Shown one piece after another: positions 10,441 through 21,400 of a stretch of 37,652 bases of DNA. Source of the stretch: Malassezia furfur (lineage: Eukaryota); assembly GCA_052055015.1 (NCBI GenBank), contig JBQJIT010000063.1; one strand, 5' to 3'. The position numbers and the translations under genes were made by a program. Below the pieces are notes generated by a model that was not told where the DNA came from, searched no databases, and saw only the letters and a list, made by a program, of their open reading frames with translations. Position 1 is the first letter of the stretch. Every line of letters starts with the position of its first letter.

Positions 10441-12186
10441 ATGGCCGGAACCGAGAACACGGGCGTGCCCCAAGTGTCTGCGGCCGAGATCGACAAGGTG
10501 GCCCAGGCCGCCGCGTCGCTGAATGCGACGACACAAGCGACCCCGTCTGACGTGGGCGCTACGACGGCCAGCACCGGGACTGCTTCCGTGCAGCCCGATG
10601 CCGCAACCGTCGACGACGAGCAGTCGCGTGCGAAGCTTGCGGCGCGCGTCGACGAGGTGGTGCAGGGCAATGCATCGCTGAATGCCACGGCATCGACCAC
10701 GCCGGCTTCGGACGCACCGGTGCGCATGGCGCCGGGCGGCAAGGTCCGTCTGACCAACTACCCCGCGATCAAGAACGCCGTGCTCCCCGCGGAGGGCAAT
10801 GGCTCGTTCAGCAACGTGCATCTTGCCCTGCTCATCTTCTTCGGCCCTGCGGTGCTGCTGCGTCTGATTCCGTTTGTGAAACCGCAGTGGTTTGGATGGC
10901 CGTCGTACCTGTTCCTTGTTGCGCTGCTCGGCGTGCCGTTTGCCATTGCGTACTGGACGGTGATGAGCCGTTTCGGTCCGCGCATCAATGAGAAGGTGAC
11001 GCTGCCAAACCGCCCGATCGAGTACTACCTGGACATTAAGGACCCTGAGCTGAAGAAGAAGTACCACGGGCACAACAAGATCCCGATGGAAATCTTCTAC
11101 GAGGCCTACTTTGACCGGAAGATTGACATTAAGGGCGACATTCTGGACGTGCTCGAGTACCGCTGGGACTGGGCGGCGATGTACTTTACGCCGAACCTGT
11201 TCAAGTATGTGCTGTTCCAGATGTTGCCCGATGTGCTGATGCACTCTTCGCGCCAGGACGAGGAGCAGATCCGCGACAACTACGACCGGGGCAACGACTT
11301 CCATGAGTGGTTCTTGGGCCCTCAGATGGTGTACACGTCCGGTATTATCTCCGACATCCACCGCGAGGAGACGCTCGAGGAGCTGCAGGACAACAAGCTG
11401 AACCTGGTGTGCTCCAAGCTGGCACTGAAGCCGGGCGACCGTGTGCTGGACATTGGGTGCGGCTGGGGTACGCTCGCGGCGTTTGCGGCCAAGAACTACG
11501 GTGCGGATGTGACGGGTGTGACGCTGGCGCGCAACCAGGCCGAGTTTGGCAATGCGCGCATCGCGGCGAACGGGCTGACGAGCGACCAGGCCCGGATCCT
11601 GTGCCTGGACTACCGCGACATTCCCGTCCGGCCGGGCTACTACAACAAGATTGTGTCGCTCGAGATGGCCGAGCACGTCGGCATCCGCCACTACTCCAAG
11701 TTCTTGAGCAACGTGTACGACCTGCTCGACGATGACGGTGTGTTTGTGTTCCAGGTGGCCGGTCTGCGTCCGCGCTGGCAGTATTGGGACCTGATCTGGG
11801 GCCTGTTTATGAACAAGTACATCTTCCCCGGTGCAGATGCGTCGTGCCCACTGAACTGGGTGATCAACAAGCTGGAGAATGCCGGGTTCGAGGTGCGCTC
11901 GTGCGACGTCGCCGGCGTGCACTACTCGGCGACCATCGACCGCTGGCTGAAGAACTGGCGGAAGAACGAGGAAAAGGTCAAGGCCAAGTACGGCGAGCGC
12001 CTGTGGCGCATTTGGCTCTTCTTCCTTGCGAGCTCGATCCTGATCGCGCGCGAGGGCGGCTCGAGCGTGTTCCAGATCACCGTGACGAAGAACCTGAATG
12101 CGACGCACCGCGTCGAGGGCGTCGAGTCGCACGGCAACCTGCTCCCGCGCCCGAACCGCGGCAAGACGTATTCGAGTGTGTACTAG
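10441..12186 (+). CDS. Sphingolipid C9-methyltransferase (cyclopropane-fatty-acid synthase family, SAM-dependent)
   Basis: Two N-terminal TMs, YDRGNDF, LGPQMVYTSG, VLDIGCGWG, SLEMAEHVG, WGLFMNKYIFPGADAS. Confidence 0.92.
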   Translation: MAGTENTGVPQVSAAEIDKVAQAAASLNATTQATPSDVGATTASTGTASVQPDAATVDDEQSRAKLAARVDEVVQGNASLNATASTTPASDAPVRMAPGGKVRLTNYPAIKNAVLPAEGNGSFSNVHLALLIFFGPAVLLRLIPFVKPQWFGWPSYLFLVALLGVPFAIAYWTVMSRFGPRINEKVTLPNRPIEYYLDIKDPELKKKYHGHNKIPMEIFYEAYFDRKIDIKGDILDVLEYRWDWAAMYFTPNLFKYVLFQMLPDVLMHSSRQDEEQIRDNYDRGNDFHEWFLGPQMVYTSGIISDIHREETLEELQDNKLNLVCSKLALKPGDRVLDIGCGWGTLAAFAAKNYGADVTGVTLARNQAEFGNARIAANGLTSDQARILCLDYRDIPVRPGYYNKIVSLEMAEHVGIRHYSKFLSNVYDLLDDDGVFVFQVAGLRPRWQYWDLIWGLFMNKYIFPGADASCPLNWVINKLENAGFEVRSCDVAGVHYSATIDRWLKNWRKNEEKVKAKYGERLWRIWLFFLASSILIAREGGSSVFQITVTKNLNATHRVEGVESHGNLLPRPNRGKTYSSVY

Positions 12187-12237
12187 GCAGAACGCAGACT
12201 AGGTATCGAATACATCACTACATATCGGTGTAAGACT

Positions 12238-13779
12238 CTATGCACGGTCGTTCGCGTACGGCGCGCGCGTCAGTGGCGAGTTGCCCGCGACAATCCGCAC
12301 GCGCGTACCGCCCGGCGTCGTGGCGCGCGGCGGCAGCGCACGGAACTCGTACTCGTCGAGCGCGAGCTGCTTGGCCGGCGTCACCGACCCAGCCGTGGGC
12401 GCAGTCGACGGCCCAAACACGGGCTGCTGCACGGGCTGGATCGGCTGGGGGACCGTCGTAGGCATCGGCGGCATCGGCGGCAGCTCGCGCTCCCGCGCCT
12501 TTTGGCGCAAGTTGCTCGTCGAGCGGCTGTACCGCGCAGCGATCGGCGTCGAGCTCGGGTCCACTGAGTAGGTGCTGCCCGGCGACGAGTCCGTCTCGCG
12601 CTGGCTGCGCGACGACGTAAACGACGACGGACTCGAAAGCGGCGGCGTCGTCGCGTGCACATGGCGGGGCGGGGTCACATCGTCGTGCAGTACAAGCTGC
12701 GACGCGAGCTCGTCGCTGAGCTGCAGCGGCGCAAACACGCTCATGCCCTTGTTTGCACGCGAGGCGATTGTCGTGGTCGGCTCGGCAGCCGTGGCTTGAG
12801 GCATTGGGCTCGTGGTCGACAGCGCGCCCGAGGGGCGCACCGTAATGCGCGCCGCCGGACGCGTCGTGTCCTCCCAGGTCTCGACCTTGCGCGGCGGCGT
12901 GAGGTGCCGGCGTTCGGTCACCGGCGGCGGCTGCAGCGACGCAGTGGTGCGCAGGTCGTTGAGCGACTTATGCGGCGCCACGCTGCGCGTCTCGCGCTTG
13001 CCGTTGACCAGACGCACCACAGAGTGACCGCTGGGGCTCTCATTAAAGGGCGCACCGAGCGACGTGGTCGGCACAGGCCGGGACGCGCTCGGTTCCGTTG
13101 CCAGCATTGTCGTCGGCGGTGCGACGCGCACGGTAGCCGACGTGCTCGGAGGCGGCACCAGTGGCGTAAGAGCATCGAGGAGGATGCGGCCCGCCTCGTC
13201 GCGCGCCAGCGCCGATTCAATCACAGGCAACCGCTTGGTGCGCGGGTCCGCACCGTTGCAATGCGAACGGCAGCACACACACGGGCAGGTGGTCACTTTG
13301 CCGTTCACCGACGTCATTTCGGCCGCGTCAGGCGTCGGGAAGTAGGTCAGGAGCGGCTCTCCGCGCAGACTGCGGATGCCAACGCACGCGCGACGCGAGT
13401 CGTCCGGGTGTCCCGTCGGGGCGAGCGCCGGGTCGATCAGCTCGCCGTTGGGCATGCGCACAAACTGCTCCGCCTCGACTTCGGGGCTCCACGGCGGCGC
13501 AATGGCGCCGACGGGCGAGCCCTGGCCGAGGCCCAGGCGCCGGATCTCGTTCAGAAGGTCGGTCTGCATCTCGGCCGCGAGCTGCGTCACATTGAGCGTC
13601 GGGGGGAGGTACCGGCTCGGGGGGATGAGAGTATCGATCACCAGGTAGCCATCCATGTAGCTCACCGACGTCTGGATTTTGTCCGTCGGAACAAAGTTCA
13701 CTGCGCTGTATCCAGTCGTCACCGTCGCGTTCCCCTCACGACGCAGCGTGGGGGCCATCGCTTTCGTCCGGGCCGACAT
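12238..13779 (-). CDS. Hypothetical Pro/Ser/Thr-rich protein
   Basis: Long intronless ORF from ATG 13779 (MSARTKAM). Mostly low complexity, with one Cys cluster CPCVCCRSHC. Confidence 0.65.
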   Translation of the reverse strand: MSARTKAMAPTLRREGNATVTTGYSAVNFVPTDKIQTSVSYMDGYLVIDTLIPPSRYLPPTLNVTQLAAEMQTDLLNEIRRLGLGQGSPVGAIAPPWSPEVEAEQFVRMPNGELIDPALAPTGHPDDSRRACVGIRSLRGEPLLTYFPTPDAAEMTSVNGKVTTCPCVCCRSHCNGADPRTKRLPVIESALARDEAGRILLDALTPLVPPPSTSATVRVAPPTTMLATEPSASRPVPTTSLGAPFNESPSGHSVVRLVNGKRETRSVAPHKSLNDLRTTASLQPPPVTERRHLTPPRKVETWEDTTRPAARITVRPSGALSTTSPMPQATAAEPTTTIASRANKGMSVFAPLQLSDELASQLVLHDDVTPPRHVHATTPPLSSPSSFTSSRSQRETDSSPGSTYSVDPSSTPIAARYSRSTSNLRQKARERELPPMPPMPTTVPQPIQPVQQPVFGPSTAPTAGSVTPAKQLALDEYEFRALPPRATTPGGTRVRIVAGNSPLTRAPYANDRA

Positions 13780-14031
13780 GGTGTACAGGCGTGGAGGCAA
13801 AGGCGCGCCGTGTCCTTCGCGCTGGTGCAACGAAAATCTAGCGGGCCCAGCCGCATCGCGCAGGGAGGTGCATCGGCACGCACAACATCACGTGACAGAA
13901 CACGGGGGCGAAAGATCGAGGCCACGTGGGAGGGTCGCCGAGTCGACCATCGGGCGACCGTGCGCCACGCCGCGCAGGCTAGCGCATGCGCCGCATCGAG
14001 ACAGGAGAACGGGGGACAAAACTTATAGAGA

Positions 14032-14600
14032 TTACGCAGTACGCTGGATAATATGAACACCGCTGTCGGTGTGGACCACATCGCTGGTCTCACCCACCGG
14101 CAGGTCGTACGCTGCCTTTTCAAAGGCGGGCTGCATTTGGCCGCGGCCGAACTGGCCCAGGTCACCACCACGCTGTGCGGACGAGCAGTCGCTAGACGGT
14201 TAGTAAATAGGAAAACGTACCTGTGCTCCTGTGCAGCCTGGCTGAACTGCTCCGGCGTAGGCTTCGGGCCCAGCTTCTCCTTGAGGTGGTGGAGCGTCTG
14301 GATGGCCTCCTCCTTCGTGCGCGTAATCACCGACTGGCGGTGGCTACTAGGACGACGGCTATCCTTGTGCTTGATAAGAATGTGGCTCGCGCGGATGGTA
14401 TCCTTCGCGTGCGGCACGCCGCCGGCCTGCGCCGCCGCCGGCTGGTCCGCCTGCGCCTCGCCCAGCAGCGAGCCACCCGGAAGGCTGCGGGCCTGCTCCT
14501 CCGTCATGCCTTCCGGGAGCTCCCACATCGACACTTGCGTGTCTGGGTTGTAAAAGTACGGCAGCTGGCGCGTGTTGCTGAAGCGAACTTCCCAGGTCAT
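14032..14600 (-). CDS. ESS1: Peptidyl-prolyl isomerase Ess1/Pin1 (WW plus parvulin), 2 exons
   Basis: [16 protein letters not shown]...SMWELP and [18 protein letters not shown]. After intron 14192-14220 (29 nt): [26 protein letters not shown]...[12 protein letters not shown]. Confidence 0.95.
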
Positions 14601-14925
14601 CGTTGCGAACGAAGCCACCGGACAGTGCTCAATTCCCGCCTGACCGTGCGCACGACCTTGACTAAGCGTGTGTCAGGCGAGTGTAGAAGTTCTGCAGGGT
14701 GTCTGTGCGCAGCGATGTGGCATGCACTTGGTTGAGCGGCTATCTACACCCCCGCGTTCGGTGGCACGATAAGCTTGAGAGAATATAAGGGTATGACAGG
14801 GGCACAGTTCGCAGCCTTTTCCAACCTTTCGTCCCTCTCTCGAATCTTGGCACCGTCTGCTCGGGTCCCGGCAGTCCTTTCCTTTCCTTTCCTTCTCGTA
14901 CGTGTCTGACCCAGGTTGCTTTCCC

Positions 14926-16785
14926 ATGCTTGCACGCACTTGGACCACACTTTTCGTCGCGGTGCTCGTGGTTCTTGCCACGACCGCCAGCGCTACACCT
15001 TCCTTAATTCCTGACGTCGTCAAAGAGCAGGTCCAAGTACCGCACGGCTGGACGCGTCGCGCCGTCGCGAACGAGAGTGAGCTCATCCCTCTCCGCATCG
15101 CACTCAAGCAGGCCTCGCCGGGCATCATCGAGAAGAAACTCGACCAGACCAGCGACCCTGACAGTCCTCACTACCTTCACCATTTGTCGCGCAAAGAGGT
15201 CCTGGATTTGCTGAAGCCCTCGAGCCGTTCTGCCGAGGTCGTCCGCAACTGGCTCGATGAGCACAATGTGTCGTCGATGATCGAGGAGTCGAACGGCCAC
15301 TCGATCCTGCTCAATGTGCCCGTCCACAAGGCGAAGCGCATGCTCAACACCGAGTTCTCGGTGTTTGAGCACCGCAGCACCCAGGAACTTGTCGTGCGCA
15401 CGACCGAGTACCGTCTGCCCCGTGACGTCGCCGACCACATCGACTTCATCGGCGGCACGACCTACTTCTCGACCATGCGTACGATGCGCACGCCTGGCAG
15501 GACGGTTGAGAAGCATGTGCAAATCTCGCCGATCCAGGACCACGGTCGCGTAAGCAAGGTGAAGATCATGCACTCCAAGGCGAAGGGTTCGCGTGTGCCA
15601 GCGTCGTGCAACGCGACGCAGGTCACGTCGATGTGCCTTCGCGAGCTGTACGGCACGGTGGATTACAGGCCTCAGGCACCCACCAAGACCCACATTGGTA
15701 TTGCTGGGTTCCTGGGCGAGGTCGCTAACTACGAGGACTTGAATAAGTTCCTCAAGTACCAGCGTCCGGACGCGCTCCGTGGCAAGGCGACGTTTGACTA
15801 CGTCACGCTGAACGGTGCGACGAACAACCAGAGCCTTGCTGCCTCCACCGGGGAGGCCGCGCTTGATGTGCAGACGGTCGTGGGTGTGACGTGGCCGGTG
15901 CGCACCTCCTTCTATTCGGTCGGTGGCTCGCCGCCGTTCAAGAAGGACGAATTCACTCCTACCAACACCAACGAGCCGTACCTGCAGCTGCTCGAGTACC
16001 TCTTGAAGCTGGAGGACCACGAGCTGCCCGATGTGCTGACCATCTCGTACGGTGACGATGAGCAGACGGTTCCGGAGCGGTACGCGCGTCGCGTGTGCAC
16101 GCTGTTTGCTGCGCTGGGCCTGCGTGGTGTGAGTGTCTTTGACTCGTCCGGTGACGAGGGTGTGGGTGGTTACAACGAGGAGCAGTGTGTGACGAACGAT
16201 GGCCGGAACAAGACCACGTTCCTGCCCGAGTTCCCCTCGACCTGCCCGTATGTCACTTCGGTGGGTGCCGTGAAGGACTTTGATCCGGAGCGCGTGACCA
16301 CCAAGAAGTTTTCCTACATTGTGTCGGGTGGTGGCTTCTCGAACTACTTCTCGCGCCCCTCGTACCAGGACGAGGCGGTGGTCAACTACCTTACCATGTA
16401 CCAGGGCACGCACTACCATGGCCTGTACAACCCGCGTGGCCGCGGCTTCCCGGATGTCTCTGCGCAGGGTTCGCGCTTTGTCATCTCGGTGGGCGGCGAG
16501 TTTGAGCTGATCTCGGGCACGAGTGCTTCGACGCCGCTGTTTGCCTCGGTGGTGACGCTGCTCAACGATGCCCGAATCGCGCAGAACAAGGCCACACTCG
16601 GTTTCCTCAACCCCCTGATCTACAAGCGCCTCGGCAACACCACCGCGTTCAACGACGTGACGATCGGTAGTGCCCGTGGCTGCGGAGACTACAAGGGCTT
16701 TGAGGCCGCCGAGGGCTGGGACCCGGTGACCGGCTTTGGCACCCCCCACTTTAAGAAGCTGCTCAAGGAGGTGATTGACTTGTGA
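14926..16785 (+). CDS. Secreted sedolisin / tripeptidyl-peptidase (S53) with prodomain
   Basis: Signal peptide, prodomain (SDPDSPHYLHHLS), catalytic GEAALDVQ, SSGDEG, GTSASTP and Ca-binding GWDPVTGFGTP. Confidence 0.95.
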   Translation: MLARTWTTLFVAVLVVLATTASATPSLIPDVVKEQVQVPHGWTRRAVANESELIPLRIALKQASPGIIEKKLDQTSDPDSPHYLHHLSRKEVLDLLKPSSRSAEVVRNWLDEHNVSSMIEESNGHSILLNVPVHKAKRMLNTEFSVFEHRSTQELVVRTTEYRLPRDVADHIDFIGGTTYFSTMRTMRTPGRTVEKHVQISPIQDHGRVSKVKIMHSKAKGSRVPASCNATQVTSMCLRELYGTVDYRPQAPTKTHIGIAGFLGEVANYEDLNKFLKYQRPDALRGKATFDYVTLNGATNNQSLAASTGEAALDVQTVVGVTWPVRTSFYSVGGSPPFKKDEFTPTNTNEPYLQLLEYLLKLEDHELPDVLTISYGDDEQTVPERYARRVCTLFAALGLRGVSVFDSSGDEGVGGYNEEQCVTNDGRNKTTFLPEFPSTCPYVTSVGAVKDFDPERVTTKKFSYIVSGGGFSNYFSRPSYQDEAVVNYLTMYQGTHYHGLYNPRGRGFPDVSAQGSRFVISVGGEFELISGTSASTPLFASVVTLLNDARIAQNKATLGFLNPLIYKRLGNTTAFNDVTIGSARGCGDYKGFEAAEGWDPVTGFGTPHFKKLLKEVIDL

Positions 16786-16825
16786 TAGAAGATGCGTTAA
16801 ATAGATCCGTATGTGTGTACCCTCG

Positions 16826-18306
16826 TTATTGTCTGGTAGCTATGGTTGCGTGGGGTCCAATCAGCGCCGCATTGACACGCTGCAGGTGGGCGCGACTGGG
16901 GGAAATTTGCTCGGAGGCGCCCACTACCCACTGCAGTCGGCGGCGCGTCTCGTCTTTCGACAAACTACGCCGATGCGCTTGCCGCGCCGCGGGAGAGGTA
17001 ATCAAAGCTCGCCTCTCATCAAAGCTCGCGGCCAGGATGGCAATGAGCAGAGCGCCGGGCACATGGTATCCGTCGGCACCACATATCAACACCTCGCGGC
17101 GGTCGCCCGCGTCGGTCTCCACCAGTGCCTCAGTCACGGCATCGACAACGCGCGGAAGCGCGCGAGCAAAGTCGTTCAGCCCACGCTTCCCCTCGGGAAT
17201 GCCAAGGTACAGCACGCGGGGGTCTGCATCGTCCCCCTCGGCAGCGGTCCTTGAACTGTGTACTAGGAGGGCATAGGCGTTGCGTTCCTCAGGTCCAAAC
17301 ACGTGGTCGACCGGACGCTGAGCAGCGACTAGGCGAGTGGCCCCGATGCGAATCACATCGTCGCTGTCCTGCGGCAGCCAAGGTATCTTGCCGTGGGTTT
17401 CGCTCACGCGCTGCGCGACCAGCGTGCGAACGAGTGCCTCGCGGTCCGTGCGCTCCAGATGCGGGTCCAGCAGTCTGGAGCGGTTCCGCCAGAACACGTC
17501 GGGTGTCAGTCCGAGTGCCCAGCTCTCGTGATCATCGCCTGCACCCTGTACGTAGGTTGCACCGTAGGCGCCTGCAATCTCATCGACGGATGACACACTC
17601 GCGAGCACGACGTGATGCACCTGCTCGGCGCACGCAGGAGGAATCGGCGGTACGGCGCCCGGGTGCGCAAAAAGGGGACAGAGCGGCTTCTCAAGTCGAG
17701 GTACGGTATAATCCGATGCGAGGAATGCCTCGGTCCAATGGGCAAGACGCGCCTCGATTTGTGCCCGCTCGCTATCCGACACCGCCTCAGCCGGCACAGC
17801 AAGGGGAATGTCGGCGGTGGGGGTGTGGTAGCGCGCGGCCGATGCACGGTTCAGCACGGCGCACCATATCGGCACGGTTTTCGCGAGTGCGTCAGGGTAT
17901 CGTTTCCCGCGACGGGTCGAGTCGACGAGGATGCAGCCCGTCAGGGCGCTGCGCTCGCCATCCGAGGACGCGGGCGGCTGGAGGATGTCGACGAGATGGA
18001 GATTTGCGCGTTTCAGCGAAAAGTCCCACTGGTGCATGTGTCCGTCGGTGGATTTGAAGTACGACGTGGCCGCAACGCGGTCAGGCGGAGTGTACCACGC
18101 GCCGCATCGCATATTGGCTGTGTGAGTGAGTCGTATGCATACCGATGAGCGGCAAAGGATAGTAGGTGTCGCACACATCGTTGACAAACTGGGCATCCTT
18201 TGTGTGAGACAAAGTGTCTATGTACCTGTTCAATGCTCCATAGTCGGCTCCATACGTCTTTGTTCTCGCGGCGGAGCGCCTTGAGCACCTCGCGCTCCGC
18301 CTGCAT
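16826..18306 (-). CDS. RIT1: Initiator tRNA A64 2'-O-ribosylphosphate transferase, 3 exons
   Basis: RLWSIEQDAQFV, ANMRCGAWY, YFKSTDGH, LVDSTRRGKRYPDALAKTVPIWCAVLN, YVQGAGDDHESWA. Introns 18198-18225 (28 nt) and 18118-18142 (25). Confidence 0.93.
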
Positions 18307-18454
18307 TCGGGCGGCGAGGCGTACCTGCCCGATTTTCCGATTTTGGATGCAGCAGCAGCAGCCCCTGCAGGAGGCGCGTCATAGGGCTGCGGCGCAATTT
18401 CGTACAAAGGCGGACGTGCAGGTCCTGGGGATTTCCCTCTTCATCAGGAACGGG

Positions 18455-21400
18455 ATGGCTGTGGATGTATTTGAGGTCGACCAGCTGAGCATCTGCCTGC
18501 TCGTTGGCATCCTCTTGGTGCTGGCGCTCGTCAAGTACCAACAGTACTGGGACCAGCCGCTACTGCATCCGCTCATTCTTGCACGCCAAGCGGAAACTTC
18601 GCAGGTGCACGCACCCAAAGAGTCGGCCACCTATCGCAACATCAACGCACCGCTGGGCTTCGACCTTGCCATGCGTCCCCAACGCTTCGCACCCGATGTT
18701 GCGTCGCTGCTCGCGCTCGGCGTAACGGGCGCCGAGGGCGAGCATGCGCGCCGCGTACTGGACATGTCACTCACCAATCTCGAACTGCGCCGCCAGGCGA
18801 CGGCGTTCGCCTACGGCCTCCAAGACACGCTGCAAGGCGCAACGCCCATTATTGCCGTGTATGGCCGTCTGACCAGCGCGCGCTCGCTCATTGCGCTGCT
18901 GGCTGGCGCCGTGTCTGGCCTGCCGATCACGACGTACGTCGTCCCCGACGGTGCACAGGCGACGCAGCTGCCCGACGACGTCGACTTTGAGCGAGCTGTG
19001 CTGGTGCGCGTCGATGCGACGGAGCCGGTGCCGCCTGCACTCGCGCTGTGCACGCTGAGCGTCGTAGCGAACACGGAAGAGCCCACGCCCGGCGTCCTGT
19101 CCGCGACGCGCACGCTGCACTTTGACGACGTGCTGGGCCAGACGACCAATGACACACCTGCGGCGTGCGACCACAGCACGCTGCGCAGCAACGAGCTCGA
19201 TGCCGTCGGCGCTCGCACGTTTGCGACGTTCTACGATCCCGATGCGGATGCGTGGGTGCGGGCGACGCACACCTCCATGACGAGCGGTGTGACGGCGTGG
19301 CTGAGCGAGTATCCCCCCGAGAAGATTCCTGGGATGCACGACACCCTGCTCACGGACGCGTTCCTGGCCGGGGAGCTGTCGGCGCCCGCGTATGTCTCGT
19401 TGGCGCTCACCGCACTGTACACCGGCGCGGCCTTCTCGAGCGAGCCGTCGACCGAGGTGCTGAGCCTCGCGCGCGTGCTCAAGCCGACGCTGCTCTACCT
19501 CAGTGCGCGCGCGGCGTTCCACGTGGAGTTCTCGCTGTGGCTCCCGTCGACGGGCGCGCTGCTGCACAGCCTGGCGTACCGCGTGAACACGTTTGTCCTG
19601 CGCAACGGCCGCTTTACGCGCAACCTGTGGCTCGACAAGTGGGTCGCTGCGCCGCTGCGCCGCGCGCTTGGCTTTGACACGGTCCGTGCCACGTACGTCC
19701 TGTCCAGCGGTGCCGAGATCGACCAGACGACGCTCGACCAGCTGCGCCTGTACCTTGCCGGCCCGGTGATGCATGCCTATGTGCCGCACCGCCTGTCGGA
19801 CGGCGCGACGGCCGCAGTGGTGACGGCGCCCGTCGCCGCGTCCAACATGTACGACCTGCAGGCGTTTGCGCCGCAGCTCGTCGACGGCGCGTCGACTCGC
19901 CGCCTCGCACCGCACGTGGGGCCGCCGGCGGTCACGATGGAGGTCAAGCTGGTGGAGAACACGCCGGCGGTGCAGAAGCACGCCGCGGCGCTTGCGCACC
20001 TCGCGCTCGACGAAACGGGCACGCGCGACGACCCCGTCGGTGAGGTGTATGTGCGGGGCTATGCGCTGGCGCACGCCACGACCGAGAACATTGCACGCGA
20101 CTCGACGCTCTCGGGCTGGTTTGCGACGGGCGACGTCGGCACCTTCCGCACGAACGGCACGCTCGTGATCGTTGCTGCACACGACGCCGAACAGGCCGGC
20201 GTCGCGCCCGACTTTACGCTCGACCCCAGCGGCGATCCGCTCCCAGAGCTGCGTGCGCCCCAGCCGCGCCGCGCTGCAAAGAGCACGCGCACGACGGCAT
20301 CGCGCATCGCCGTCGCGCCCGTGGCGCTCGCGATGCTCGCGCTATGCGTCGCGCCGCTTGTGGCCGCCGTCGACACGGTTCGGGGATCGCACCCCTTGTC
20401 GCCGGAGCGCCTGGCGCTCGTGTCGCGTGCGGAGGCGCCGCAGGAGCTGGAGCGCCGCGCCAAGATCAACACGACGCAGGCATCCACGGCGGCGTCGTCG
20501 AACTCGACCATGTACAATATGGCGCTCAACAGCCTGCTCACGGCGCAGCGTGCGTCGTGGGAGCAGGGCGTGACGCAGTCGGCGATCCTCGAGACGTACT
20601 ACCCCGAGTGGTCCGTGTACCACAAGACGAGCGGCGATCTCTACCCCAAGAAAGAGAGCGCTAGCGCCATCCCCAGCCAGCTGCTCTCGCTCGCGTACCA
20701 CAGCATCGCAGCACAGGACCGCAACGGACGGTTGGCGACGGTGGTGACCGGCGACGAGTCGACCTCGCAGGGTGCCGCACTGGACTCGGCGAGCTGCGGC
20801 GAGGGTGTCTTGATCGGCGCGTGGATCATCGAGGGATTTGTCAACAACCAGCCGGACCCGAACGGGTTCTGGGGCGGTGCGGCGCAGCGCCAGCTCGACT
20901 ACGTGCTGCACAACGTGTCGCGCAGCTCCAACGGCGTCATTAGCCAGCGTGCCGCACGCAACGTTATCCAGCTGTGGTCGGACCAAACGTACATGGGTCC
21001 GCCTTTCCTGGCACACTATGCACTGATCACCAACAACGCTACGCTCTTTAACATGGCGTTCGACCAGCTCGAAGGCGTGCACAACGGTCTGCTCCTCCGC
21101 GACGGCACAGGCAAGGGGCTGTGGGGCCATATCGTGGACTACAGCAACGTCTCGGCCCCGCGCTGGATCGACGAGCGTGCCTGGCTGACGGGCAACGGAT
21201 GGGCCGCAGCGGGCATGCTGCGTGTGATGGCCGCGTCGATGCACAGCAGCGACAACGGCGTGCAGCAGCGTGGCCAGGCACTTGGATCGATGGTGGACAG
21301 CATCTTTGACACGGCCTACCCCTTTATCGACCAAAACACGGGTCTTTTCCACAATGTCGTGAACGACACCCGCACCTTCTTGGATGGCAGTGGCTCGGCG

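Noticed and set aside
10435..12132. 565-aa antisense ORF opposite the methyltransferase (similarly 15004-16749, 21827-23131, 30831-31832)
   Set aside because: Shadow frames produced by strong GC3 codon bias in the real gene; no recognisable motifs.
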